Below are positions 45,555 to 54,236 of a stretch of 56,325 bases of DNA, piece after piece. The stretch is taken from the NCBI GenBank assembly GCA_026387035.1, contig JAPLMM010000004.1, forward strand, positions 1-56,325, written 5' to 3'. A model generated the notes under the pieces. It did not search any database and was not told the DNA's origin. It worked only from the letters and a program-made list of their open reading frames with translations. The stretch is from Planctomycetota bacterium (GTDB lineage: Bacteria > Planctomycetota > Phycisphaerae > FEN-1346). Position numbers and translations under genes: made by a program. The stretch's first letter is position 1. Each line of letters opens with the position of its first letter.

Positions 45555-46133
45555 TCAGATCCATACCTGCCGTGACTGGAAATTCACGCGGTGTTGTTTG
45601 AGAGCGAGCTCGATTCTGCGGCAGCCGTCCCGGGGAAGAAGGAAACAACCGCTGGACAGCCGGATGCCACCGAGGTCAGCCAGCAGGCCGCGATACTGGT
45701 ATCCTGCGGTCTTGCGGGCATAGAGCAGTCTATTGAATCTGGCCTTTTGGGGTTGGGGGAGGCCTTTCAGACTGAACGTGTACAAGGCGAAGGGCTTCAG
45801 ATCCAAGAGACGGGCTGCGGGGAGATCGAGTGGCTCCTTCAAGAAAAGAATCTTGCCTTCGCGGAAGATGTTGCGGAGCAGGCCCGTATCCATTTTTCTG
45901 ATCTGTTGGAGGGAGCGGATGGTGGGTTGGATCTCGCGGCCGAATTCCCGCTCTGCGAGGCATTCGTTGACGACTCTGGCTTGGCTGGGCCTGCGCACGA
46001 GGATGAGCAGGTCCACGTCGGACTTCGGGCCGTGGTCGCCACGGGCGAAGCTGCCGTAGAGTACAATGGCCACCACGCCAGGCAGCCGGCCAACGGTCTT
46101 CACGATCCTGCTCACGAGTCTGTGCTGTTCCAT
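45555..46133 (-). CDS. MNT-type nucleotidyltransferase (antitoxin-like) with C-terminal extension of about 80 aa
   Basis: LYGSFARGDHGPKSDVDLLIL matches the GS-x10-DxD motif. The C-terminal beta-alpha-beta-beta-alpha-beta pattern (ALYTFSL...GIRLSSGCFLLP...VNF) is of unknown function. Confidence 0.7.
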   Translation of the reverse strand: MEQHRLVSRIVKTVGRLPGVVAIVLYGSFARGDHGPKSDVDLLILVRRPSQARVVNECLAEREFGREIQPTIRSLQQIRKMDTGLLRNIFREGKILFLKEPLDLPAARLLDLKPFALYTFSLKGLPQPQKARFNRLLYARKTAGYQYRGLLADLGGIRLSSGCFLLPRDGCRRIELALKQHRVNFQSRQVWI

Positions 46134-46483
46134 ATTCGCCTGCCCAGTCTTTTCTCGAGGAATTGCGCAAAGGTCTTGAGATGTCTCATCACCAGTCGGG
46201 CGCGATGACCGTTCGTGCCATCATAGCCCAGGTCACCATAAGCGAACCATATCTTCCTCATGGCGACGGTGATCTGGTGAGGATACTCGCGGTTGGCAAA
46301 GCCCTGTCTCTCGTGATGGGTTCCGAAGTGCATGCCATGACCGGCCGCGTCTGCTTCGATGAGTTGCTCCACGACTTTGATGGCCAAGTCACCCACCACC
46401 GTATGCTGGTGCCTCCTGTAGGCCTCCTGTAATGCGGAGAGCTTCTCCCTTGCGATCTTGAGGTGCTGGTCGCTGTCTCCCAT
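46112..46483 (-). CDS. HEPN-domain protein (toxin-like partner of MNT)
   Basis: ATG at 46483 (MGDSDQHLKIA...). Helical, with an R-x6-H motif (RARLVMRH). It overlaps the MNT start by 22 nt. Confidence 0.55.
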   Translation of the reverse strand: MGDSDQHLKIAREKLSALQEAYRRHQHTVVGDLAIKVVEQLIEADAAGHGMHFGTHHERQGFANREYPHQITVAMRKIWFAYGDLGYDGTNGHRARLVMRHLKTFAQFLEKRLGRRIWNSTDS

Positions 46484-46812
46484 GCAGATCTGCGCTTTTC
46501 TACGGCGCGCCTGCGGTGGAACGTTGAAGCGCGGATGAGGGGCGGGAAGCCCTTCCTGACGAGTTGAGAGGGCGGCACTGCCGTCAGGAACGCGTTCGCA
46601 GGCACCCTCTGCCATTGCATGAGAGCCCTCCTCGCAAACCTTTTAAGCCACCACGCCTAACAGTCTTCATGAGGGCGGAAATCAAGGCCTGGTGGGTACT
46701 ACGTGGCACCAACGACCGCCGATCGTGCTACCACAATCCTGGCAGGGGGCTCTATTGGGGGAATACCGAGACAGGAGAGGAGATAAGTAGTGCCAAGGAA
46801 CCCTCTCCTGGA

Positions 46813-47784
46813 CTACTCCCCCAGGGCGGGACAAGCCAGCTCTGATCTGCGTCCGGATTCGAGGCCGCGGCACCACCTAAACAGCCTGTCCCGGTCGAGC
46901 ACCAACGATCCGTTCGGAAGAATGTGACCTATCCGATTCTCATCAAGGTACAGTTTCACCGTGCACTTGTTGATCGCGCCATCAGCCCGGATCGCAAGCG
47001 AATTGAGCCTGGCAGCATAGCAGATGGGGATGAAATGGCTGGTCGTGATGCAGCGGGCTCCCTTGGATTGGGCATAGGCGCGCACTTGCCTGGCCCGTCG
47101 GTGGCCCTGTTCCAGAGAAAACACCGGCAGGTGCGCGTCGTCGGGACATCCCAGTCGAGACAGCGGTCTTGCGAAAAGACGGAACCGCGAATCGCCGCCG
47201 AACACGCGTGCATACTCGTCGACGAACGGCGGAAGGGCCCGGTAGTTCTCTTTGTCGAGATGGAGCCGAACCAGAATCGTGCATTGTTCCCTGGTGTTCC
47301 GTATGTCGAGCAGGTTTCCCCAGATCCTGTCGAACGTGCCCTTGCCCCCGGCGAGCACGCGCTTCTTGTCGTGAACGTCCCTGGGGCCGTCGAAGGCAAT
47401 TTGAAACTCCCTGACCCCGAGGCACACCAGCGTCTTGAGCGTGCCTGGCGTCAACAGGTACCCGTTGGTGGTCATGTCGGCGCCGTATGCCAACTGCGGC
47501 TTACGACAGATCAGGGTCCGAATGTGCCGCGAGATGTCCTTGATGATGTCCAGCGCCAGGAGAGGTTCGCCGCCGAACCATGATATACTGAGCGCGCTCA
47601 GGTCCGCCATCCGTGCGCGCAGCAGGTTCTTGATACCTGTAACCACGTCCGAGGCCATCTTGCCACCGCGGACCACCTCGTAGCAGTACGAACATCGGAA
47701 GTTGCAGGCCTCGGTGGGATAAAGGATAAGGTGCAATCGATCGCCGGCAACAGCGGCCAGCATGTCCGGTGCGGTCAGCCGCAT
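46813..47784 (-). CDS. Radical SAM enzyme with C-terminal Cys-containing (SPASM/twitch-like) extension; putative peptide maturase
   Basis: LYPTEACNFRCSYCY matches CxxxCxxC, and SWFGGEPLL is also present. C-terminal Cys residues occur in PICYAA, INKC, RWC and ACP. SD GAGGA lies 8 nt upstream. Confidence 0.8.
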   Translation of the reverse strand: MRLTAPDMLAAVAGDRLHLILYPTEACNFRCSYCYEVVRGGKMASDVVTGIKNLLRARMADLSALSISWFGGEPLLALDIIKDISRHIRTLICRKPQLAYGADMTTNGYLLTPGTLKTLVCLGVREFQIAFDGPRDVHDKKRVLAGGKGTFDRIWGNLLDIRNTREQCTILVRLHLDKENYRALPPFVDEYARVFGGDSRFRLFARPLSRLGCPDDAHLPVFSLEQGHRRARQVRAYAQSKGARCITTSHFIPICYAARLNSLAIRADGAINKCTVKLYLDENRIGHILPNGSLVLDRDRLFRWCRGLESGRRSELACPALGE

Positions 47785-47809
47785 TCGCGATGTCCTCTGA
47801 ACCGGGCGA

Positions 47810-48142
47810 TCAGGCGCAATTGCACAGCGTCAGTTGGCACCCGCATTGCGCCACGCATGTGCACATGCTATCGGGCCGAGGGCATCCGCACCCGATATTC
47901 GTATGTCCGCCGCAGCCGCCTCCACTTACCGGGGGAGGGCAGAAACTGTCCGGCAGGCAGTATGAATTCGCGGCGAGTACCCGAGTTTTCTGCTTCTTTA
48001 GTTTCTTAATCATCCGTGCTAGTTTTGGATCTTTGATGACCACCCTTCCGTAATTGTCGACATCCATGCATTTCAGGTGAAACGTGACAATGGGCTTCGC
48101 TTTCCCGGGCGCACTCTTTTTCGCCTTCGGCCGCTTCTTCAT
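47810..48142 (-). CDS. Lys-rich leader plus Cys-rich core peptide (candidate RiPP precursor)
   Basis: AAAGGAG lies 9 nt before ATG 48142. The sequence ends NSYCLPDSFCPPPVSGGGCGGHTNIGCGCPRPDSMCTCVAQCGCQLTLCNCA. It stops 25 nt before the radical SAM start. Confidence 0.6.
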   Translation of the reverse strand: MKKRPKAKKSAPGKAKPIVTFHLKCMDVDNYGRVVIKDPKLARMIKKLKKQKTRVLAANSYCLPDSFCPPPVSGGGCGGHTNIGCGCPRPDSMCTCVAQCGCQLTLCNCA

Positions 48143-48381
48143 GACCACACGCTCCTTTCGAGGTACGTACGGTTTGGACGCAAGAACCCTGCCGGAGACT
48201 CCGCGGTTATCCGCACCGAAGTGTTCTTGGGTCGGCGCACATCTCCCCTAGCAAGAGACTGCCTCCCATCCCATACCAGGATAATCGATGCAACTTGCGC
48301 GACCTTATCCAATCCGCGCCGGAATGTCAACACCCTTGCACCCTGACTTGTGGTTCGTCCCGTTAGGGTCGCCCCATTAGA

Positions 48382-48692
48382 TCGCACCATTTGGCTTGAC
48401 ATGGCGCGATGGCCCCCTATGATGACAACCGGTCTTCCTGAAAAGGTTCAGATTTGGTGCGAAGTCTGAACCGAGTTTTCTTCCTGCCGGCGTCCTCCCT
48501 TACGGTTTTTCCGATTCGGAGTGACGCTTTCTGCCCATAGCCTTCCAGCCTATCTCGTCAGGCCCTTTGACTGCTGTGCTTATTAACCCCTCGCGCCAAC
48601 AGTAGGCCGTGGGCCGCTACTACGCATGCGCCGGGCCCGGACAGCCTTTCCGGCCATCCCGAAAAGGTTCACTTTTCGCACCATTTGAGAAC
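48382..48692. promoter_or_regulatory. Three copies of a TCGCACCA(T/A)(T/A)T core, two embedded in GGTTC...GAACC hairpin-like elements; candidate recombinase sites
   Basis: tcgcaccatttg occurs at 48382-48393 and 48676-48687 (direct repeat). tggtgcgaa at 48455-48463 is the reverse complement of ttcgcacca at 48675-48683. The flank c(c/t)gaaaaggttca is repeated at 48437 and 48658. Confidence 0.5.
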
Positions 48693-48727
48693 CTTCGGGG
48701 AATGGGGGCTGACACGCGTGGGGAAGA

Positions 48728-49357
48728 ATGGCTCAGGTCAATTGGGTTCTGGATCCGGGCAAGTGTCTTACGCCGGCAGAGGTCAGACGGCTGCGCTGCG
48801 CGTCGAAGAAAGAGGCCCGGGCTGCGCAAGCAGCAGGAAAGAATGTGCCCGTGCGGGACCACTTCATCGTCGAACTGGCCCTCGCCACCGGCCTGCGCGT
48901 GATGGAGATCACGCGGCTCAGGTGCGGCGACGTGTTTACGGACAAGCGCCAGCCCTGGCTCATTGTCCGGGCTGGGAAGGGCGGCCGGCGGAGAGTGGTC
49001 TGGTTCAGTGCCTCGTTCGGGCAGTGCCTCAACGAGTACCTGGACTGGAAGACGGCAGCAGGGGAACTGGTCGGACAGGAAGATCCGTTGCTCCGGTCCA
49101 GCAACACCGGCAACTGCCTGACGACGCGGGCGGTCCAGAAGGCGTTCAAACGCTGTGCGGCCCGGGCGGGGCTTCCGAGCCGCCATTCCATTCACGGCCT
49201 GCGGCACACCTACGCCTGCGCGCTTTACAAGGCGAGCGGCTACAACCTGCGCCTGGTCCAGAAGCAGCTGGGACACGCGAGGATTGTGACAACCCAGGTG
49301 TACGCGGACGTGATGGCCCCGGACGTCCGGCGGGCCCTCGAGCGGCTGTACCGTTAG
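48728..49357 (+). CDS. Short (209 aa) tyrosine recombinase, catalytic domain only
   Basis: LALATGLRVMEI (Arg), HGLRHTYA (H-x-x-R) and LGHARIVTTQVYADV (His...Tyr). There is no N-terminal core-binding domain. Confidence 0.85.
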   Translation: MAQVNWVLDPGKCLTPAEVRRLRCASKKEARAAQAAGKNVPVRDHFIVELALATGLRVMEITRLRCGDVFTDKRQPWLIVRAGKGGRRRVVWFSASFGQCLNEYLDWKTAAGELVGQEDPLLRSSNTGNCLTTRAVQKAFKRCAARAGLPSRHSIHGLRHTYACALYKASGYNLRLVQKQLGHARIVTTQVYADVMAPDVRRALERLYR

Positions 49358-49435
49358 ACCATCGGAAGCATTTAAGGCCGCGTCGGCAATTAGTAAACGG
49401 AGGGTGCCGGACGCGCGCACTCCGATGGTGGTCGT

Positions 49436-49975
49436 TTGGGTCTGGCGTGGATTCTGAAGAAACTCCTGTGGGCGAATGCGTTCGGCACGGAACAGGGCCG
49501 CATCAAGTTGTTCGGCAAGATGAACTGGACGCTGTTCCCGTCCCGCGCCCTGGCGCTGAACCTGCAGACGATCGGCGAGAAACTCGGCGAAGACTTTGTC
49601 TACGAGTTGGGCTACCAGGCCGGCAAGGACGCGGCCGAGGAGATCGTCAAGTACATGGGCTTGCGGCCTCGAGGCGGGTGGGCGACGCAGAAGGCCGTGA
49701 TCTCGCTGCTCGAGTTCATCGGCTTCGGGAAACCCGAGTTTGTGCACGTGAAAATCAAGGGCCGCCACCATCACATCATTGTCCACGTGCGGGACAACCC
49801 TGTCATCGAGCACGGCGCGAGGATGTTCGGCGCCAGGTCCGTGGCGTGCAAGTGGTTCATGGGCGTCTACGCCGCTCACGGCGAGATGGAACTTGGCGTC
49901 AGACACGTCCGCCTGAAAGAGAACAGGTGCATCCGCCTGGGGGACCCCTACTGTGAGTGGGAGACGAAAGCGTAA
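49436..49975 (+). CDS. V4R-domain protein
   Basis: The C-terminus ends in RLGDPYCEWE, and the overall pattern resembles 4-vinyl-reductase-type small-molecule-binding domains. The TTG start is uncertain. Confidence 0.5.
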   Translation: MGLAWILKKLLWANAFGTEQGRIKLFGKMNWTLFPSRALALNLQTIGEKLGEDFVYELGYQAGKDAAEEIVKYMGLRPRGGWATQKAVISLLEFIGFGKPEFVHVKIKGRHHHIIVHVRDNPVIEHGARMFGARSVACKWFMGVYAAHGEMELGVRHVRLKENRCIRLGDPYCEWETKA

Positions 49976-50009
49976 GAATTGCAGCCGTCCGAATGGCATT
50001 CTCGCCCGC

Positions 50010-50765
50010 ATGGCGGTCAGGGTGGGCAGGCCCATCGTGCGGCACCTGAGCGAACTCGCGCGCGAGTCTCTGCGACAGCCCGGCAGTTGGCGGTGCTTGG
50101 AGATCGTCTATCGGAACGAGCCGCGAACACTGCTCGACCGATTATGGCTGTCGAGCCGGGCTGCCCGCGGCGCGAGGAACCGGCTCCAGATTCTGACGGA
50201 AGAACTCTGTGCGATTGTCCTAGAGCGTGCCCAGAGGGACGGGACCGTGAATCTCCTGAGCCTTGGTTCTGGTCCAGGCCACGAAATCCTCGGTTGCCTC
50301 GAGCAGGTGCAGGACTGCATACATGTCGAAGCCACCTGTGTGGATCGGGACCCGGAAGCCCTTCGGTACGGAAGAATGCTGGCTGCCCAGAAAGACCTGG
50401 ACGGAAGCGTGAATTACGTTCGCGGCAACGTCCTCGGTGCGGACGCCCTGCCGGCCTGCCAGGATGTAGCCGTACTCTCCGGCCTGCTGGACTATTTTGA
50501 TTCAGAGGCCGCCGTGTCGGTGCTCACGAGGGTTCGCGAGAAACTCAAACCAGGCGGCATCGTTCTCTTGGCCAACATGCGCCGCCACCGCCTGGCCTCA
50601 ACCATGAGCCTTCTTGGGAACTGGCAGCTGGTCTATCGAGAACCCTCGGAGGTTGAGCGGCTTCTGGCCGAGAGCGGGTACTGCGAAGTGGAGGTCTGGC
50701 TCGAGCCCGAAAAGGTGTTCTGCATCGGAAGTGGGGGCATTCTTTCTACCACTGCACAGCCTTGA
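50010..50765 (+). CDS. Class I SAM-dependent methyltransferase
   Basis: Motif I LLSLGSGPGHEI. Also CVDRDPEAL, and post-II/III GGIVLLANM. I chose the start at ATG 50010 to avoid overlap with the V4R gene. Confidence 0.65.
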   Translation: MAVRVGRPIVRHLSELARESLRQPGSWRCLEIVYRNEPRTLLDRLWLSSRAARGARNRLQILTEELCAIVLERAQRDGTVNLLSLGSGPGHEILGCLEQVQDCIHVEATCVDRDPEALRYGRMLAAQKDLDGSVNYVRGNVLGADALPACQDVAVLSGLLDYFDSEAAVSVLTRVREKLKPGGIVLLANMRRHRLASTMSLLGNWQLVYREPSEVERLLAESGYCEVEVWLEPEKVFCIGSGGILSTTAQP

Positions 50766-50837
50766 CCGGCCTCGTGGCGCAGACTTGAGCACACGTACCC
50801 ATCGTATAGCCAAGCGCCCGTCAGCCCACCATGAGCC

Positions 50838-51974
50838 TTAGGGGGAACGGCTGTCCAGGGGCACGAACTCGAACCGCCGGATGATCACTTCGTGGGTTTG
50901 CTCGTTCTTCGGTGCTCGTCCACCGAGCAGCCAGAGGTTCATCCGTACATTCTCCCCGCCTGCCTGCGGGACCCCCTCTTGGGAAAACGTCCACTCTTGG
51001 ATCAGAGATCCCGCGGACTCCAGACCAGACGCTTGCTCCTTAACAGATCGGAACACCACCTTGTCGCTGCTCCAGGTGAAACTGTGGATCCCGGGGGTGA
51101 CCTCAGGTGGGATTCGGTACCGTATCAGACGGCCAGGTTGTTGCGCGGGCTGGACGACAAACTGCGCGTTCGTCTTGTCCTCAGCTTGCCCCCATCGGGC
51201 GAACTCAATGTCGATCTCCCGATGGCTTTGTGCCGGGTCATCGCTCCATGTAAACAGGCCGAGGACCACGTTTGGGTCCAAATCATCGGCTCGGCTATCG
51301 ACGCGGAATCGGTAGGTGCCGTAGCCGAAAGATTGTTTCGATATTATCTCTGCACACTGCCATTGGTCGTTGCGGTGGGTGATCTTGAGATGCAGGCGAC
51401 CTTCGTCATCAACCCACACGTTGTCGGCACTGTCCGAGAAATAATTGGGCCCCGGCCCAACCGGCATTTGGCTGGACTTCACGCGCCACACGTAACCCGA
51501 AAAACGAAGTGTTTTTTCCTTCTTGTTTTCCTCACCGGCGCTAGCCTGCGCGATAGCCAATACATCGCCACCCACCTCAGGTAGCACCCGTGTTGTGCTC
51601 GGCGGCTTGTAGGATGATTTGACCAAGAGGGCTGCGTACTTGTACCCACCATGTGTGTCGGCTTTCCACTTGCCATCCTTACCGATCTCGGTGTAAGGGG
51701 CGGCCACGAACGGTTGGACGTACCACATGTCGCCGTACGCGTAGATAACTACCCTGTAGTCGTCCGGCTTGACGCCGCTTACGGTGCCCTCGATGGTGCC
51801 CCACGAGTCTGGGCCCGGTTTCACGCTGTCCGGCGGCGAGCGCGTAATGATGATGCCGGGCTCAGCGCCCCCTGCTTTCCCCTCGTCACCAAGAGCCGTT
51901 GCCCCGGCGAGAGTGCAGAAGACTATTGCGACCGCGCCTATCCCCAACCACAAAGTGATGAGATTACTTTTCAT
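50838..51974 (-). CDS. Secreted GH16/concanavalin-like glycoside hydrolase with an N-terminal domain shared with the next gene
   Basis: Signal peptide. HREIDIEF matches the ExDxE catalytic motif of GH16-type folds. The N-terminal domain of about 110 aa is paralogous to that of 52074-52814. Confidence 0.6.
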   Translation of the reverse strand: MKSNLITLWLGIGAVAIVFCTLAGATALGDEGKAGGAEPGIIITRSPPDSVKPGPDSWGTIEGTVSGVKPDDYRVVIYAYGDMWYVQPFVAAPYTEIGKDGKWKADTHGGYKYAALLVKSSYKPPSTTRVLPEVGGDVLAIAQASAGEENKKEKTLRFSGYVWRVKSSQMPVGPGPNYFSDSADNVWVDDEGRLHLKITHRNDQWQCAEIISKQSFGYGTYRFRVDSRADDLDPNVVLGLFTWSDDPAQSHREIDIEFARWGQAEDKTNAQFVVQPAQQPGRLIRYRIPPEVTPGIHSFTWSSDKVVFRSVKEQASGLESAGSLIQEWTFSQEGVPQAGGENVRMNLWLLGGRAPKNEQTHEVIIRRFEFVPLDSRSP

Positions 51975-52073
51975 GGTGCCTCATCCTTTCTTGCCACAGT
52001 ATGCACCAGCACCCGTGCGGTGCGGGGGAGGCCGTGGCCCTGCCTCCCCGGTTTTTTTGAACCATTTTGGAGA

Positions 52074-52814
52074 CTATCTTCGGCCTTCGACGACGGTGAT
52101 GGCCACCACGTCGTCCCCGAGGGACGGCAGAACAGGTGTTTGGGCCGGCGGTTTAAACCCTCGACGCACTACCAGCGCCGCATATTGCGTCCCCGTATGC
52201 GTCCAGGTGCCCCAGCTGCCGTCCGGCGCAATTTCGGTACCCGGGCTCTCAATGAGCGGCTGTACGTACCAGGCATTGGTGAGAACATATACAACCACCC
52301 GAAACAGGCTCGGATCAACGCCTGATGTTTTCCCCGCAATGTTGGCCGCGGTTTCTGCCCCTCCGTGTTCGCTGTACGGGGGAACGGTTGTCATCTTGAT
52401 CGCTCGAACGGTCACGATCTTGATCTCCGGGGAGGGCACGGGCGGAGGGCTGCCCGATCTCGGGGGAAGGATCGTCAGTAGCAGGGCTTTTGAAAACAGG
52501 GTCTTGGCCCCATGACGAACCTCCAGCGTCACTCTATCCTCTCCGGCCTCTTGCGGAGCGGTGTAACGGCTAGAAAGATCCATGTCCTCACTGGGCTCGC
52601 ATACGCCTCTCTCAGCAATGGCGTGTAGTCTCAGCCCTTGCGGTGGGTTCGTCACCCGAACACCGACAAGGGCATTGCCTCCAGCGGCGACGGCGGAGTC
52701 GGGGGTCACGAATACCTCAAATTGCGGCTCAGGTGCACAGCCGCCCAGGGACACGCTCAGCACAACCACCGCAAGAATCCAGGGGCCGGAAAAGGATGTG
52801 GCCTGTTGTTTCAT
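52074..52814 (-). CDS. Lipoprotein with Ig-like region and the same conserved domain as the GH16-like protein
   Basis: MKQQATSFSGPWILAVVVLSVSLGGC contains a lipobox. FRVVVYVLTNAWYVQPLIESPGTEIAPDGSWGTWTHTGTQYAALVVRRGFKPP parallels YRVVIYAYGDMWYVQPFVAAPYTEIGKDGKWKADTHGGYKYAALLVKSSYKPP. Confidence 0.55.
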   Translation of the reverse strand: MKQQATSFSGPWILAVVVLSVSLGGCAPEPQFEVFVTPDSAVAAGGNALVGVRVTNPPQGLRLHAIAERGVCEPSEDMDLSSRYTAPQEAGEDRVTLEVRHGAKTLFSKALLLTILPPRSGSPPPVPSPEIKIVTVRAIKMTTVPPYSEHGGAETAANIAGKTSGVDPSLFRVVVYVLTNAWYVQPLIESPGTEIAPDGSWGTWTHTGTQYAALVVRRGFKPPAQTPVLPSLGDDVVAITVVEGRR

Positions 52815-52834
52815 GCGCCTTCCCTCCCAGCTTT

Positions 52835-53689
52835 TCATGGGTGCGAACCCATACGCTCTGCCTCACCCCTTTCGATGATGTACCGAACCGCATCACGTCG
52901 CACAACCTTGTCGGGCAACGACACCCACGGCACTTTCCAATGAAGTCTTATTTCGATTTCGCCGTCGCGGTCTTCCCCTGGGTGATCGTCTCGCTTCCGC
53001 AGCCTGACCAGGGCGTAGCCGTGGCCAGGGGACCAAGCCCTGCTGTGCAATCGCTCTTCGTCGCTCTGCCAGTAGCGAGATGTCAGTTGAACAGAGTAAA
53101 GTTCCGGGTGGGCTATGGCAAGGGAAATCTGCAACACCTCACCGCCGCCGACTGCCGGGAGGCTCATAAACACACATTCTCCGAAATCGAAATCTGGCGC
53201 CGGCAGATTCAGCACCCAAACATTGTAGAGTAGGGTTACCACGGCTAATACCACAGCTAGTAACGCGAGGGCGATGAGGATACGGATGATTCGGGTAGCC
53301 AAAGATCTTTTCCGTGGAATAGCACTGTCAACCCAACGGACGAATCGCACTGTGAGATCAGCCAATCGCCCTGCTAGTCCACACGCAGCACGCTCTGCAA
53401 AGGTTGCCAGTCGCACCACCATTTCACGCAGAGACACCCCTCGGATCTCGGCTATCAATTTCAGTATGGCGAGCCATGTCGGAAGTAGGAAGAGGTATCG
53501 ACGGTAGAGTGGGAGCTTGTCCCACGGGTTTGGCAGCCATATCGCCGCGACGAGAGGAAATACGAAAACTATGACAATCCATGTGATAATCTCGGATATG
53601 ACGTGGGTTTCTTGTGCCCCCGAGGATATCCCAGAGGCCTCGTGCGGTGTTACTGCCCCTTGCCCGTCGCTGGCTTGATGCATGTCCAC
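52835..53689 (-). CDS. Hypothetical polytopic membrane protein
   Basis: Several TM helices. Its stop overlaps the alternative ATG at 52838 of the downstream ORF (ATGA). No motif recognised. Confidence 0.5.
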   Translation of the reverse strand: MDMHQASDGQGAVTPHEASGISSGAQETHVISEIITWIVIVFVFPLVAAIWLPNPWDKLPLYRRYLFLLPTWLAILKLIAEIRGVSLREMVVRLATFAERAACGLAGRLADLTVRFVRWVDSAIPRKRSLATRIIRILIALALLAVVLAVVTLLYNVWVLNLPAPDFDFGECVFMSLPAVGGGEVLQISLAIAHPELYSVQLTSRYWQSDEERLHSRAWSPGHGYALVRLRKRDDHPGEDRDGEIEIRLHWKVPWVSLPDKVVRRDAVRYIIERGEAERMGSHP

Positions 53690-54236
53690 ATCCCCCTAGC
53701 GCTGCCTCGACCCTTTCTCGGTTGGGGTCGTAGGTCTCGCAGCGCCGTGCCTGTGTTCTCGCCTGGCGGTCGGCACCACGATGCTGACTACGCAGCACGC
53801 GGTTACAGACAATTGCGGAAATCCCTCGAGTCAGAGTCCGCGCTCATAATTCTTGAATTGCAGAATCGACCGTTCTTTCTGCTGATTTTCATTCTATAAG
53901 AGCGAGTATAGCTTTCACGGGAAAGTTGTCAAGAGTTTTTTGGTTCATGGTTCAAAACCATTTGCACCGCGGTCGTTCCTGAGCACGGTGGGCAAACTTG
54001 GACCAATAAAGTCCCCTGTCCGCGAACCCCTTCTTGCTCATCGACAAGTGGGCTGATTCGGCGGCTGATTCGGCGTGCCCCCGATCTGGCGTTCTTCGAC
54101 TGTACCAGAGGGAAGTCGTGTCACGGATACCCCTTTCGCCCAAGTGATCTGCGTGTTCCGCGCCGCGAAGGGGTGAGTATGAGGGTTCTGGCCTCAGGCC
54201 TTTCGAGAATGGTGCTGAAGCGCGAAGCGGCCAGCG

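Noticed and set aside
48620-50035. 471-aa minus-strand ORF and 423-aa plus-strand ORF (48685-49956) spanning the recombinase and V4R genes
   Set aside because: The frames at 48728 and 49436 carry the R/HxxR/Y recombinase boxes and the V4R-like pattern. The long alternatives are low-complexity.
53935-53980. ttttttggttcatggttcaaaaccatttgcacc resembles pieces (ggttca, accatttg, gcacc) of the recombinase-site motif at 48.4-48.7 kb; it could be a distal att-like partner bounding a 5.5-kb cassette
   Set aside because: Only short, reordered word matches are shared, with no contiguous core of 9 bp or more. This is too weak without read-level evidence of excision.
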